Below, piece by piece: positions 26,859 through 36,019 of a stretch of 36,915 nt of DNA (position 1 is its first letter; each line of letters starts with the position of its first letter). The notes beneath the pieces are model-generated. The model saw only the letters and a program-made list of their open reading frames with translations. It was not told where the DNA came from and did no database searches. The stretch comes from Candidatus Heimdallarchaeota archaeon (GTDB lineage Archaea; Asgardarchaeota; Heimdallarchaeia; Heimdallarchaeales; Kariarchaeaceae), in the NCBI GenBank assembly GCA_015523565.1, contig WAKA01000060.1:1-36915 (forward strand), read 5' to 3'. Position numbers and translations under genes: made by a program.

Positions 26859-27773
26859 ATGGCATTTTCAGAATCTGATGAACTTATTGCATATGGAAGC
26901 CTGACGGCAGTTGCAATGATTTGGGGGTTAAGTTGGCCTGCAGGACGGTTTTTGGCTCTTGAATTTGGCTCAAAAGTCTTGACTGCGGCATTCATTCGTT
27001 TTACGTTTGCTGTTCCTTTCCTTTTCATATTTGCTAAATTATTTACTGGGACAATAAAGGTTGAAAAAAAGTTGCATAAATCATTGATACTTTTTGGTCT
27101 TCTCCAAATCTCGCTCTACAATTTTTTCTATTTGACAGGCTTGAGATTCACAAGTGCTTCTGATGCATCACTTGTTATTGCCATAAATCCTTTGCTGACA
27201 GCCATCATTTCCTCGTTTCTCTATGCAGATGAAAAGTTGACCCTTAGGAAAGTTCTTGGTTTCCTGATTGCCTTTGCAGGGGAGTTCCTGATATTTATGT
27301 TCTCCCCCAATTCGAATGTGGAAAATCGTATCTTGGGGAATGTTGTGATCTTTCTGGCCGCATTGGTGTGGGCTACATACTCTTCATTTTCCCGACCGAT
27401 CTACCAAAAAATTCCTCCCTTGAGGTTTCAAGCTTGGGCTTCATTCTATGGGTGGTTGGCGTTGGGTATTTTTGCATTGGTTGAAAAACCGTGGACTGTT
27501 TCCCCATCTTCCACTTCATGGGCTATCCTTGCATATTTAGGTATCCTTTCTGCGGCGCTGGCAAACACCATCTTCTCATTTGGCATAAAAAAAATTGGTC
27601 CCTCCCGAACCTCAATCTTTGTTAATATGGTTCCATTGTTTGGCATAACCTTTTCCTTCTTCCTTTTGGACGAGGAATTCTCTTACTGGTATTTAGTCGC
27701 CTTTGTATTGGTTGTCACAGGCATCAACTTGGTGACACGTTCAAAACCGCGACCTCCTGACGAAATGAGTTGA
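26859..27773 (+). CDS. DMT/EamA family transporter
   Basis: IWGLSWP, RF, GLRFTSASDASLVIAINP; duplicated 5-TM architecture. Confidence 0.92.
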   Translation: MAFSESDELIAYGSLTAVAMIWGLSWPAGRFLALEFGSKVLTAAFIRFTFAVPFLFIFAKLFTGTIKVEKKLHKSLILFGLLQISLYNFFYLTGLRFTSASDASLVIAINPLLTAIISSFLYADEKLTLRKVLGFLIAFAGEFLIFMFSPNSNVENRILGNVVIFLAALVWATYSSFSRPIYQKIPPLRFQAWASFYGWLALGIFALVEKPWTVSPSSTSWAILAYLGILSAALANTIFSFGIKKIGPSRTSIFVNMVPLFGITFSFFLLDEEFSYWYLVAFVLVVTGINLVTRSKPRPPDEMS

Positions 27774-27835
27774 AATCTCTAGTGCAACCTTTAGTTAATT
27801 TAAAATAACGCGGGATTGTAGTCAATCTTGTACAA

Positions 27836-28249
27836 ATGAGCAAGCGAATTACTACTTACAGAGGAAAAACTCTCAAAGAGCTTCAACAAATGAGCTTGGA
27901 TGAGGTTGTGGAACTTCTCCCTGCAAGACAAAGAAGAAGCTTAAAACGCCCTCAATACTGGAACCATGAAAGGAAGAAACTGCTTAAGGATCTCAGAGAA
28001 GCAAAGAAAGCAATGGAAAAAGGTCAACAGGTGGTGGTTCGAACCCATCTGCGTGATTTTATTGTTCTTCCTGAATTTGTCGGATTGACCGTTGAAATCC
28101 ATAATGGTAAGGAGTTTGTTCCAGTTGAGCTGACTTTGGATAAGGTCGGTGACTATTTCGCCGAATTCGCCCATTCCAGGAAGGTTGTCAAACACTCCGC
28201 CCCTGGTATCGGTGCAACTCGGTCATCTATGTTCGTACCACTCAAATAA
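27836..28249 (+). CDS. rps19: 30S ribosomal protein uS19
   Basis: YRGKTL.EL, LPARQRRSLKR, VRTHLRD, HNGKEF, PGIGATRSSMFVPLK. Confidence 0.98.
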   Translation: MSKRITTYRGKTLKELQQMSLDEVVELLPARQRRSLKRPQYWNHERKKLLKDLREAKKAMEKGQQVVVRTHLRDFIVLPEFVGLTVEIHNGKEFVPVELTLDKVGDYFAEFAHSRKVVKHSAPGIGATRSSMFVPLK

Positions 28250-28260
28250 GGTGAATTATC

Positions 28261-28725
28261 ATGGCAAAACGATTTGGCTATTCTGTTATCGGTCTTGACC
28301 CCGACAAAACAGCACTTGCATCAGGAAGGGAATTGGACATTTCCCATAAGCACGCACGTGAAATATGCAATACCATAAAAGGTATGTTCTTGGATGAGGC
28401 AAAGGAATATTTGGAAAAAGTCATCAAAATGGAACGTTCTGTTCCTTTCAAGAGACATCACAAAAAGGTCGGTCATCGATCTGACCTTGTTGGCTGGCAT
28501 ACTGGTAGATATCCTGTCAAGGCCGCAAGCAAAATTCTTGAAGTTCTTGAAAACGTTGAGAAGAATGCCGAATTCAAAGGTCTTGAAATTGATCGGCTTC
28601 AAATCATCCATGCCGCAAGCCAAAAGGGAAGGGCATTGAAAAGGGTATTTTACAGGGCATTCAGGACATCCTCTGCCAAAAACAATATCCTGACACATGT
28701 AGAAATTGCTGTTGAAGAAAGGTAA
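28261..28725 (+). CDS. rpl22: 50S ribosomal protein uL22
   Basis: ISHKHAREIC..IKGM, VPFKRH.KKVGHR, GRYPVKAA, HVEI. Confidence 0.98.
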   Translation: MAKRFGYSVIGLDPDKTALASGRELDISHKHAREICNTIKGMFLDEAKEYLEKVIKMERSVPFKRHHKKVGHRSDLVGWHTGRYPVKAASKILEVLENVEKNAEFKGLEIDRLQIIHAASQKGRALKRVFYRAFRTSSAKNNILTHVEIAVEER

Positions 28726-28729
28726 ATAA

Positions 28730-29707
28730 ATGAAGGACTTAGGTTTCCATTCTGAAATAATTTGGCTTGACTATGATTCATTTCAACAAAACAGAAATGA
28801 GAATGTTGGCTATCATTTAGACCAGAGACCTATTGAATTATTATTCAAAATAGGTTTAATCAACTTGGACAAGCCCGCTGGTCCGACTTCACATGATGTT
28901 GTGGCAACGGTCAAAAAAATCTTGGAAGTCAAAAAAGCAGGTCATTCTGGAACCTTGGATCCAAACGTAAGTGGTATTCTCCCCATTGGGCTAAATAATG
29001 CCACAAAAATCTTGCATACATTTCACCTAATCCCAAAAAATTATGTCTGCAATATGGAAGTCCATGACAAAACAAAGGACGTGGATTGGGAAGAATATTT
29101 TCAAGAATTCACAGGCTTGATTTATCAGTATCCCCCTTTGGAATCCAACGTGAAACGGAGGTTACGAAAGCGAACAATCTATTCCCTCGAATTTTTAGAA
29201 AAAAGCCTCTCCGAGGTTTTATTCACTGTCGAATGTGAGGCAGGCACTTACATTAGGACTCTTTGCATCGACTTGGGAAGGGCAAGCGGAGTTGGTGCCC
29301 ATATGAGGGAATTACGCAGAATCAAAACAGGACCATTTGACGAAACATCTCGCGTTACACTGCACAATCTCTTTGATGCCTATATGGACTATAAAGAGAC
29401 TGGTGATGAAAAGGGGCTGAGGAACACTATTCTCCCAATTGAATTTGGTACTTCCCACCTCCCTGAGCTGGTAGTCAAAAACTCTGCTGTTTGGAACCTG
29501 TGCCATGGAGTAAGGCTTGGAACATCTGGAATTCTTGGATTTTCACAAAACATCAATCAGGAAAAGATAGTGGCAGTGAAAACCGCGAAAGGTGAACTGA
29601 TAGGTCTTGGAACCCTGCTTATTCCAGCTTCAGACCTTCAAAAAGAACATCATTCCGCATTCAAGATTGATTCGGTAATTATGCCACAAGATCTCTATCC
29701 TAGATAA
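28730..29707 (+). CDS. cbf5: H/ACA RNA-guided pseudouridine synthase Cbf5 (TruB family)
   Basis: INLDKPAGPTSH, GHSGTLDP (catalytic Asp), CEAGTYIR.LC.D, MRELRR, C-terminal PUA domain. Confidence 0.95.
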   Translation: MKDLGFHSEIIWLDYDSFQQNRNENVGYHLDQRPIELLFKIGLINLDKPAGPTSHDVVATVKKILEVKKAGHSGTLDPNVSGILPIGLNNATKILHTFHLIPKNYVCNMEVHDKTKDVDWEEYFQEFTGLIYQYPPLESNVKRRLRKRTIYSLEFLEKSLSEVLFTVECEAGTYIRTLCIDLGRASGVGAHMRELRRIKTGPFDETSRVTLHNLFDAYMDYKETGDEKGLRNTILPIEFGTSHLPELVVKNSAVWNLCHGVRLGTSGILGFSQNINQEKIVAVKTAKGELIGLGTLLIPASDLQKEHHSAFKIDSVIMPQDLYPR

Positions 29708-29757
29708 GCGAAGGTTTCTTCAACTTTTTAAAGGTAAATGGGAAAGGTAAATTATCA

Positions 29758-29783
29758 TCGCCTGCAAGATATTGCAGGGGCGA
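29758..29783 (+). promoter_or_regulatory. Hairpin in the presumed 5' leader of rpl14e
   Basis: tcgcctgcaa-gata-ttgcaggggcga: 10 bp with a 2-nt bulge, downstream of a TTTTAAAG TATA-like motif. Confidence 0.4.
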
Positions 29784-29800
29784 GAAGGATGGTATGAACT

Positions 29801-30061
29801 ATGGCTGTAAGCGTAGGAAGAGTTGTAAGAAAAGTTGCTGGAAGAGAAGCAGGAAAACCCGCTGTGATTGTCAAATTCATTGACAAGAATTTTGCCCTGA
29901 TAACGGGTGCTGGCTTATCCAAAGTCAAAAGAAGAAGGGTAAATATCAATCACATCGAACCTACCCCTGTCAAACTAGACATTAAACAAGAGGCTTCTGA
30001 TGACGAGGTTGCAAAAGCAATCAAGGAAAACCCAGAAGCATCCAAAATTTTTGAGCTATAA
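29801..30061 (+). CDS. rpl14e: 50S ribosomal protein eL14
   Basis: [41 protein letters not shown]. Confidence 0.97.
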   Translation: MAVSVGRVVRKVAGREAGKPAVIVKFIDKNFALITGAGLSKVKRRRVNINHIEPTPVKLDIKQEASDDEVAKAIKENPEASKIFEL

Positions 30062-30125
30062 ATTTCCATTTTCTTATATAGGCTAGATAAGTAATATATT
30101 GCTGAAAACATCAAGTGTATTTGAA

Positions 30126-30923
30126 GTGAAACTGCTAAAAAACCGTAAAGCCGCATCAAACATTGTTGCCACCATGTTAATATTCACCATGATGGTTGTT
30201 TCAATGGCACTGCTTTACTCCAGAATCTCCCCGACAGTCATTGGATACAGTGCAGAAACAAGTGCTAACAACCAAGAGTTCATTTTCTTGAATATTGAAA
30301 CCCAAGTGACGCGCTTGGCAACCCTTCCCCCAAGCAGTGTTGCCACTGTCAATGTCCTTTCGAATGGGGCAAGGTATGATGTCATTAACGGTAAAAATGT
30401 AACCATTGGTGTCGGTGGTGCAAACAGCACCCTTTATGCCACTCCATTGGGAATGTTCAAGGCATATTTGAATAAGTCCTATCAGGACGTGTCGAGATCC
30501 CATTATTTGGCTGACGGTCTTGAAGAGAACACCATGTTGATGAATGACAGCTCTTCCAACTATGTGTTCGGAATCTCAAGAGCTGAAATCAAGGTGGGCA
30601 ATGCAACCTATTGGCAGTATTTCCGTGGAAAGATAAGCTTTATCCAAAACAATGGCATTTATACGCTGAACATCATCTTTTATCTTATTCGTTCCAATGC
30701 CGCAGATTTTCCTCTTTCCCTTGCCCAATGGGTTCTTAAATTAAGAAGGGGTGAACCTACCATCACTTCCACAAAAATTCAGGCGAACGTAAATGGAATA
30801 ACGGTCAATCAAACTGCGACACATACTGACACTTCATTGGAGACCTATAATTTTGGTGGTATCCCTGCAGGTACAGTTGTCACTGTCAATTTTATTGAAA
30901 TCCCCATCTATTATGAAATTTAG
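30126..30923 (+). CDS. Archaeal type IV pilin/archaellin-like protein (class III signal peptide)
   Basis: KNRKA|ASNIVATMLIFTMMVVSMALLY N-terminus followed by a beta-rich domain; GTG 30126 is the likely start. Confidence 0.75.
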   Translation: MKLLKNRKAASNIVATMLIFTMMVVSMALLYSRISPTVIGYSAETSANNQEFIFLNIETQVTRLATLPPSSVATVNVLSNGARYDVINGKNVTIGVGGANSTLYATPLGMFKAYLNKSYQDVSRSHYLADGLEENTMLMNDSSSNYVFGISRAEIKVGNATYWQYFRGKISFIQNNGIYTLNIIFYLIRSNAADFPLSLAQWVLKLRRGEPTITSTKIQANVNGITVNQTATHTDTSLETYNFGGIPAGTVVTVNFIEIPIYYEI

Positions 30924-30937
30924 ATTTCCCCAGTCCA

Positions 30938-31849
30938 TTAGGCAAAATGATCCCAACCCCTGCATTCAATTTCTTTGTTTTCCAACCAGATTCCCCTTTC
31001 CTTTTTTAACCTCCCAATCAACAACGCTCCTTTCACTTCCTCTTCTGCAATAAACAAAATGCCATATTCTTCCCCACCAAAAAAGACAGATTCTTGCCAT
31101 TCACTGCCTAATCCATGGATCGTATTACCCAATATTGCCTTTTTATCCAATTCAATCCCATAGCCTGACCCTTCAACCAAACTGCACAACGTCAAGGCAA
31201 GACCGTCACTGCAATCCATGCTTGATTTTATGTTGTATTTTCCTGAGATTTTCAAAAAGTCAATCTGTAGCTTTGGATAATTGAAATATCTTTTCACAAG
31301 ATCTATTTCGCCCTCCTCCTGTCCTGTCAATATCCTATAACCTTTTGCTGAAGAACCAAAAGGTGGTCCCATCCAATATATCTGGTCGTTCTCATTACAA
31401 TTTTCACTATGCCTAGGAATTGGCATTGATTTGGAGATTCCTATTGCCACTACATCCAACATCATTTCTTTTGTTCTGTTCAGGTCACCCCCATAAAATT
31501 TCACAGAATACGTATCACATGCCTCCTTTATGCCCTGCAGTATTTCCATTGATTCATTGACACCAAAGTCTGGAGGCAAACCAATGGAGACAATTACTTG
31601 CTTGGGGTGGGCTCCTTTTGCCACAATGTCACTTAATGCTGCAATTGTTGCCTTGTAACCACATGCATGCCAAGGCATTTTTTCTGGCTTGTCACTGCTT
31701 TCCACAAATCCATCCACATTTGAAATAAGAAACGCTTCACTGTCAACCTTCATTGCAAACGCATCATCATCAATCGATAGTATTGACTTGTCAACATATT
31801 TCCTTGCAATTTCTATCCATTCTTTTTCGCTAATGTCTTTTATTCTCAT
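30938..31849 (-). CDS. thiL: Thiamine-monophosphate kinase
   Basis: DDA, D.FVE..D, LSDIVAKGA.P, GGDLN, MDCSDGL, GGEEY. Confidence 0.92.
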   Translation of the reverse strand: MRIKDISEKEWIEIARKYVDKSILSIDDDAFAMKVDSEAFLISNVDGFVESSDKPEKMPWHACGYKATIAALSDIVAKGAHPKQVIVSIGLPPDFGVNESMEILQGIKEACDTYSVKFYGGDLNRTKEMMLDVVAIGISKSMPIPRHSENCNENDQIYWMGPPFGSSAKGYRILTGQEEGEIDLVKRYFNYPKLQIDFLKISGKYNIKSSMDCSDGLALTLCSLVEGSGYGIELDKKAILGNTIHGLGSEWQESVFFGGEEYGILFIAEEEVKGALLIGRLKKERGIWLENKEIECRGWDHFA

Positions 31850-31861
31850 GCAGAAACTCCT

Positions 31862-32989
31862 TCACGTACAGATTTTTTCAAGCTCTCCTTTTTCCAGCGC
31901 CAATTGCACTTCCATTGCAATCCGATCCCCATAACTCAATGTGTCGATGTAAAGGTAGCCCGTGTATGGGGTAAACTGTGTTCCTGGCGATCCAGGAATT
32001 CTTAATGATGCATCAAAAATCACAATTTCCTCTCTTCCCTTTTCAGGCACTACCGCTCCCTGTAATCCAAATGCCCCTATTATTCCAGGCTTGGCAATCC
32101 TTTGTGTTGTTCTTACAAATTTCCATCCCATTTCCATTGCCTTTTCAATCAGGCTTTCCTTTATGGTCACAGTATAATGTCCTGTTTCTATAATCTTTAT
32201 GCCAACCTTGTCCAAAATTTGTAATTGTTGACTTGCAGGCAACCTCAAAATCCCATCCAAATTTGTCTGCCTTCGGGTGTCAGTTCCCATGAATTCCAAT
32301 TCATCAGTTAAGGGGGAGTAAAAGAAATTAAAGTTTACCTGTGCTCCTAATGCGAATTCTTCAATCACCGCATTTCTCAGGGACTCTTCTGTGATTATCC
32401 CTTTGTTTATCATCTCTTCACTTTTCTTCTTATAGCTTTCATAGTCGTTTACAAAGAAAAATGCCCGTTCATAACCCCTTATGGCTTCATTTGCCTTGAC
32501 AATGCAAAGTCTGTCAATGGCTTGCGGCCTATCAAAAATCTTTGGTATTCTGATGCCTGCCTCTTTCAAAATATGGTACTGGTTGAATGGTTGGTCTCTT
32601 TCCTCCAATTTCAACATGGTTCGTGTTCCAATGATTGGAACCCTGAATTCATTTTCTATTTCATCAAAATTACAGTAAACCCAAAAATACCTGTTATGCA
32701 CAAACAATGCATTGTTTTGTCTTAATTGCTCCTGAACTTCTGGTTTTACGATGTCTGCAAACTTATCTAGGACTATCGTCTCATCAACAATTCCCTTTCC
32801 GTTCCTTCTTTTGTAGTAATCTGTATAGGTTTTTTCCCTTCCTCTCTGACAAACCACAAGCGTTTTGAACCCTGCTTTTTTTGCCCCTCTGCATACGTCC
32901 AATGCCGAATGTCCCCCTAAAACCGCAATAGTTATGCTGTCCTTGTCATATTTCCCCAATATTTGCCTTATCTCGTCTTTGTCAATCAT
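31862..32989 (-). CDS. PurP-family ATP-grasp ligase (PurP-like paralog)
   Basis: GGHSALDVCRGAK..GF.T, ERAFF, D.R.QTNLDG, GH…IKESL, RIPGSPG. Confidence 0.9.
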   Translation of the reverse strand: MIDKDEIRQILGKYDKDSITIAVLGGHSALDVCRGAKKAGFKTLVVCQRGREKTYTDYYKRRNGKGIVDETIVLDKFADIVKPEVQEQLRQNNALFVHNRYFWVYCNFDEIENEFRVPIIGTRTMLKLEERDQPFNQYHILKEAGIRIPKIFDRPQAIDRLCIVKANEAIRGYERAFFFVNDYESYKKKSEEMINKGIITEESLRNAVIEEFALGAQVNFNFFYSPLTDELEFMGTDTRRQTNLDGILRLPASQQLQILDKVGIKIIETGHYTVTIKESLIEKAMEMGWKFVRTTQRIAKPGIIGAFGLQGAVVPEKGREEIVIFDASLRIPGSPGTQFTPYTGYLYIDTLSYGDRIAMEVQLALEKGELEKICT

Positions 32990-34011
32990 TCAACCACTTC
33001 CTCAAGTCGGTTCTCATTAAGTGCATTCTTCAGTTCCCTAGCCACTCTTCTTCCTGTTGACATAGGTTCGCCATATTTGAGCCAAGTGTATGGGCTTCCA
33101 TTCACATAAGGATTTGTTCCCGCTACAATTCTCGCAGATATTTCAAAACAAATGATCTCCCCATCGTCAGTCACTATCGTTTCCAAACAAAATGGTCCAT
33201 ACAACCCTTTTTTTGTCACTTGTTTGCTTGCCTCAACAACATTCTCCCCCATCTGCAATATCTTTGGAAGATAGGATTCCCTGACAACCAAAGGGAAATT
33301 TCCTATGACTAAATATGAGGGGTCAATCCTTAGTTGCAATTGATCCATTGCAGGAATTCTTCCCATGGAATCAACATTGGTTTCATATCTTCTGTCAAAA
33401 CTCATTATTTCTGTTTCATCCATGATTAAAGAATGAAAATAGTGAATATAAAGGGGGGTTCCAATGATGTATTCTTGAATTATGTATCTGGTGTCATTCA
33501 GCCTCCCCTTGTCAAGCTCCTTTTCCATTTTCTCATGGAAGTCTTCCTCACTTGTGGCAAGAAAATACCCGTTTCCTCCCCCTGCCCCAAAGAACTTGAC
33601 AATGACTGGTCTGTCTATCTTTTCAGGGGAATCAACCATCTTTGGAAGTTTTAATCCTGCCCTTTCCAGCCATTTCCTTTCCAATTGTCTGTCTGATTCC
33701 CAGTCAAGTATGGCTTTATGCCCGTAATATTTTGGCTTGAGTCTTTTAATCCCTTCTAACCCCAAATATGCAATAAATGACCCATGTGGAATAAGTACGG
33801 TGTTCATATCTACCAATTCATCTTCGATGCTGGCAAATTCGTTGAAATTATCTATACTTATTATCCTGTCTGCAACCTTGAATTGGCGATAAACTTTTTC
33901 AGTCCCCTTCCTGCAAATCGCAACCGTTTCAAATCCTTCATCTTTTGCCCCCTTGAGTATTTGCAAGGCTGAATGGGATGCGATTGTTCCTACTGTTATG
34001 TCTTGGCTCAT
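32986..34011 (-). CDS. purP: FAICAR synthetase (formate-phosphoribosylaminoimidazolecarboxamide ligase)
   Basis: SHSALQILKGAKDEGF, IPHGSFIAY, GAGGG.GYF, DRRYE, GN.PLVVRES, FEISARIVAGTN. Confidence 0.93.
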   Translation of the reverse strand: MSQDITVGTIASHSALQILKGAKDEGFETVAICRKGTEKVYRQFKVADRIISIDNFNEFASIEDELVDMNTVLIPHGSFIAYLGLEGIKRLKPKYYGHKAILDWESDRQLERKWLERAGLKLPKMVDSPEKIDRPVIVKFFGAGGGNGYFLATSEEDFHEKMEKELDKGRLNDTRYIIQEYIIGTPLYIHYFHSLIMDETEIMSFDRRYETNVDSMGRIPAMDQLQLRIDPSYLVIGNFPLVVRESYLPKILQMGENVVEASKQVTKKGLYGPFCLETIVTDDGEIICFEISARIVAGTNPYVNGSPYTWLKYGEPMSTGRRVARELKNALNENRLEEVVE

Positions 34012-34087
34012 TTAACCTGTTGAATGATTGTACATAAAGAAAAGTTTTGGTCAAAAACAGACATTAAATGTAAATTGATTTGATTAT

Positions 34088-34393
34088 TTAACCGAACAAG
34101 CTTCCAAGACCAAGATCTGCTTCGTCGATCTCCTCTTCTTCTTCCTCTTCTTCCTTCTCCTCTTCGGCCGCTTCGGTTGCCCCTGCCGCGGCTCCTGCTG
34201 CGGGTGCAGCAGCCACCATTGCGGCAGATGACAATGCCTCTTCAATGTCAACACCCTTTAGGGCGGCAACCAAGGATTTGACCCTGTTTGCATCGACACT
34301 GACACCTGCAGCCTCAAGGACAGCAGTCAGATTTTCTTCATTTATTTCTTTTCCAGCTTTGTGTAGTAGTAATGCAGCATATAGATATTCCAT
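34088..34393 (-). CDS. rpl12: Ribosomal stalk protein P1 (aL12)
   Basis: [11 protein letters not shown], Ala-rich hinge, acidic tail ending GLGSLFG. Confidence 0.98.
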   Translation of the reverse strand: MEYLYAALLLHKAGKEINEENLTAVLEAAGVSVDANRVKSLVAALKGVDIEEALSSAAMVAAAPAAGAAAGATEAAEEEKEEEEEEEEIDEADLGLGSLFG

Positions 34394-34412
34394 TTTATAT
34401 CTCTCCTTTTAT

Positions 34413-35363
34413 TTAACCGAAAAGGCTTCCGAGACCAAGATCCGCCTCATCAACCTCTTCTTCCTCTTCCTCTTCCTCCTCTTGCTCTTCGGAGGATTCA
34501 GAAGCAGTATTCTCCATTGCAGCCACAGGGACAGAGCTTGCAAGCTCCTTAAGCTCATCAGACAATGCATTTTCATCAATGGCTGCCAATGCACGAGCCA
34601 AAGCAAGTACTTTCGCTTGGGCAGTTGCCAAAACAGCCTCAGCTGTTTCTTCAGTAACATAGCCAATTTCTGCAGCCAAGTTAAGGGCTTGCCTATGGGC
34701 AGTGGCAAGAAGACCTGGATAATCTTTCATCAACTCTTCCTTGGTGATGAGCATTCCATCACTCAAAGCAACTTCCAATTCCAGTCCTACCTCGAATGGT
34801 GTGATTCCTAACCTGCCAAGAATGATTGCTAACCCTTTGCTGACCTTTTCTCCTTCCTTGACAACAACTGTGTCCTGTGGAATGGCGATTGTACCTCTTT
34901 CGATACGTGTTGGCAAGCCGACTGCATTCAATTCACTGATAAATGTACCTGGTGGCACACCTGTGTTCATTTTTGGAACCAAAACATCCTTGGGTGCAAT
35001 CTGCCCTGGTCTTGCTGCCGCAGGAACCTTATTGTTTGCAAGGTATTGGGCAATTTCAAAAGGACTCCCGTCTGCAAAAAGAAATGCGGCATTTCCGCTC
35101 ACATATTCCTTCAATGATTCTATGTTGTCAACTTCGTCCCTGACGGCGTCAATGGCAATCTTCATGAGCGTATTCTTTGCCATTTTCAGCGTCGACCCTT
35201 TCTCTCTCAAGTCTCTTCTGATTTGGTGAACTGAGGTCTCGCTCATCGGCTCCATTCTGACGATCCCGATAACTGAATGTGCCTTCAGCTTTTCCTTCAA
35301 AAACTCCAAGGTTTTTGCTTTCTTGGGTCTCGCTGATCTCTTGTTCATGATTGCTATGCTCAT
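34413..35363 (-). CDS. rpl10: Ribosomal stalk protein uL10/P0
   Basis: KNTL, A.ARPG.IAP.D, NTG.PPG, L..LGI.P; acidic tail ending like P1. Confidence 0.98.
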   Translation of the reverse strand: MSIAIMNKRSARPKKAKTLEFLKEKLKAHSVIGIVRMEPMSETSVHQIRRDLREKGSTLKMAKNTLMKIAIDAVRDEVDNIESLKEYVSGNAAFLFADGSPFEIAQYLANNKVPAAARPGQIAPKDVLVPKMNTGVPPGTFISELNAVGLPTRIERGTIAIPQDTVVVKEGEKVSKGLAIILGRLGITPFEVGLELEVALSDGMLITKEELMKDYPGLLATAHRQALNLAAEIGYVTEETAEAVLATAQAKVLALARALAAIDENALSDELKELASSVPVAAMENTASESSEEQEEEEEEEEEVDEADLGLGSLFG

Positions 35364-36016
35364 GCTTCTGCACCTCCAATTTCAACGGCAGGACCCATGG
35401 TTGTTTTCACATGGACATGCTTGATGTTTTGTGCTCCTTGCTCAAGACGATTCTCAATGTCTCTTAATACAACTTCAATATTTTCTGCAATGTCGTCATC
35501 GTCCATATCACGAGTCGCAACCCTCGCATGGATGACTGGATTCTGCCTTAGTCTAAATTTGGCTGTCCGGGAAAACCTGTCAATCATTGTTTCCAAGTTC
35601 GCGTTGGGTGGAAGGACATTCGGACTCTTCCCAAGTGGTCCCAGATACCTACCAAGATATCTACCGACCTCTGCCATCATTTGTGGCACTGCCAGCACAT
35701 AATCAACACTCTTTGCAAATTTCTTTGCCTCTTTTGGATTTTTTGACAATGCTTCCAATTGATCCTTGGAAAGGGTAACATCAACACCCAACTCTTTTGC
35801 CTTGTCCAAGACATCATCTGGACCAACAACTGCAAGTTTCACCGGTTTATTCGGTTTGTGTGGAAGAACAATCTGCGCACGGAACCTCTTAGAAGGATCC
35901 TTCAGATTAATGTTCTTCAAGCCAATGGATAGATCAATGCTTTCAACAAATTTTCTCTCCTTGGCTTTTTCCTTTGCTTTCTTAACTGCTTCCTTGATTG
36001 CTTTTCGATCGATTAT
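35360..36016 (-). CDS. rpl1: 50S ribosomal protein uL1 (full length only with an ATA start at 36016)
   Basis: The conserved N-terminus (IKEAVKKAKE…RKFVESIDL.I.LKNINL) lies upstream of the ORF-track TTG. Other motifs: LGRYLGPLGK, KTTMGP. SD GGAGGTGA at 36027-36020. Confidence 0.95.
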   Translation of the reverse strand: MIDRKAIKEAVKKAKEKAKERKFVESIDLSIGLKNINLKDPSKRFRAQIVLPHKPNKPVKLAVVGPDDVLDKAKELGVDVTLSKDQLEALSKNPKEAKKFAKSVDYVLAVPQMMAEVGRYLGRYLGPLGKSPNVLPPNANLETMIDRFSRTAKFRLRQNPVIHARVATRDMDDDDIAENIEVVLRDIENRLEQGAQNIKHVHVKTTMGPAVEIGGAEA

Positions 36017-36019
36017 ATG

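Noticed and set aside
34245-35702. Long antisense or alternate-frame ORFs over P1/P0/uL1, and similar shadows over the LRR, ABC, RNB and Tup genes
   Set aside because: They are shadow ORFs of well-supported genes with no independent motifs.
35360-35920. ORF-track 186-aa uL1 starting at TTG 35920
   Set aside because: It would delete the conserved N-terminal helix and RKFVESIDL strand, and the strong SD is located at 36027-36020.
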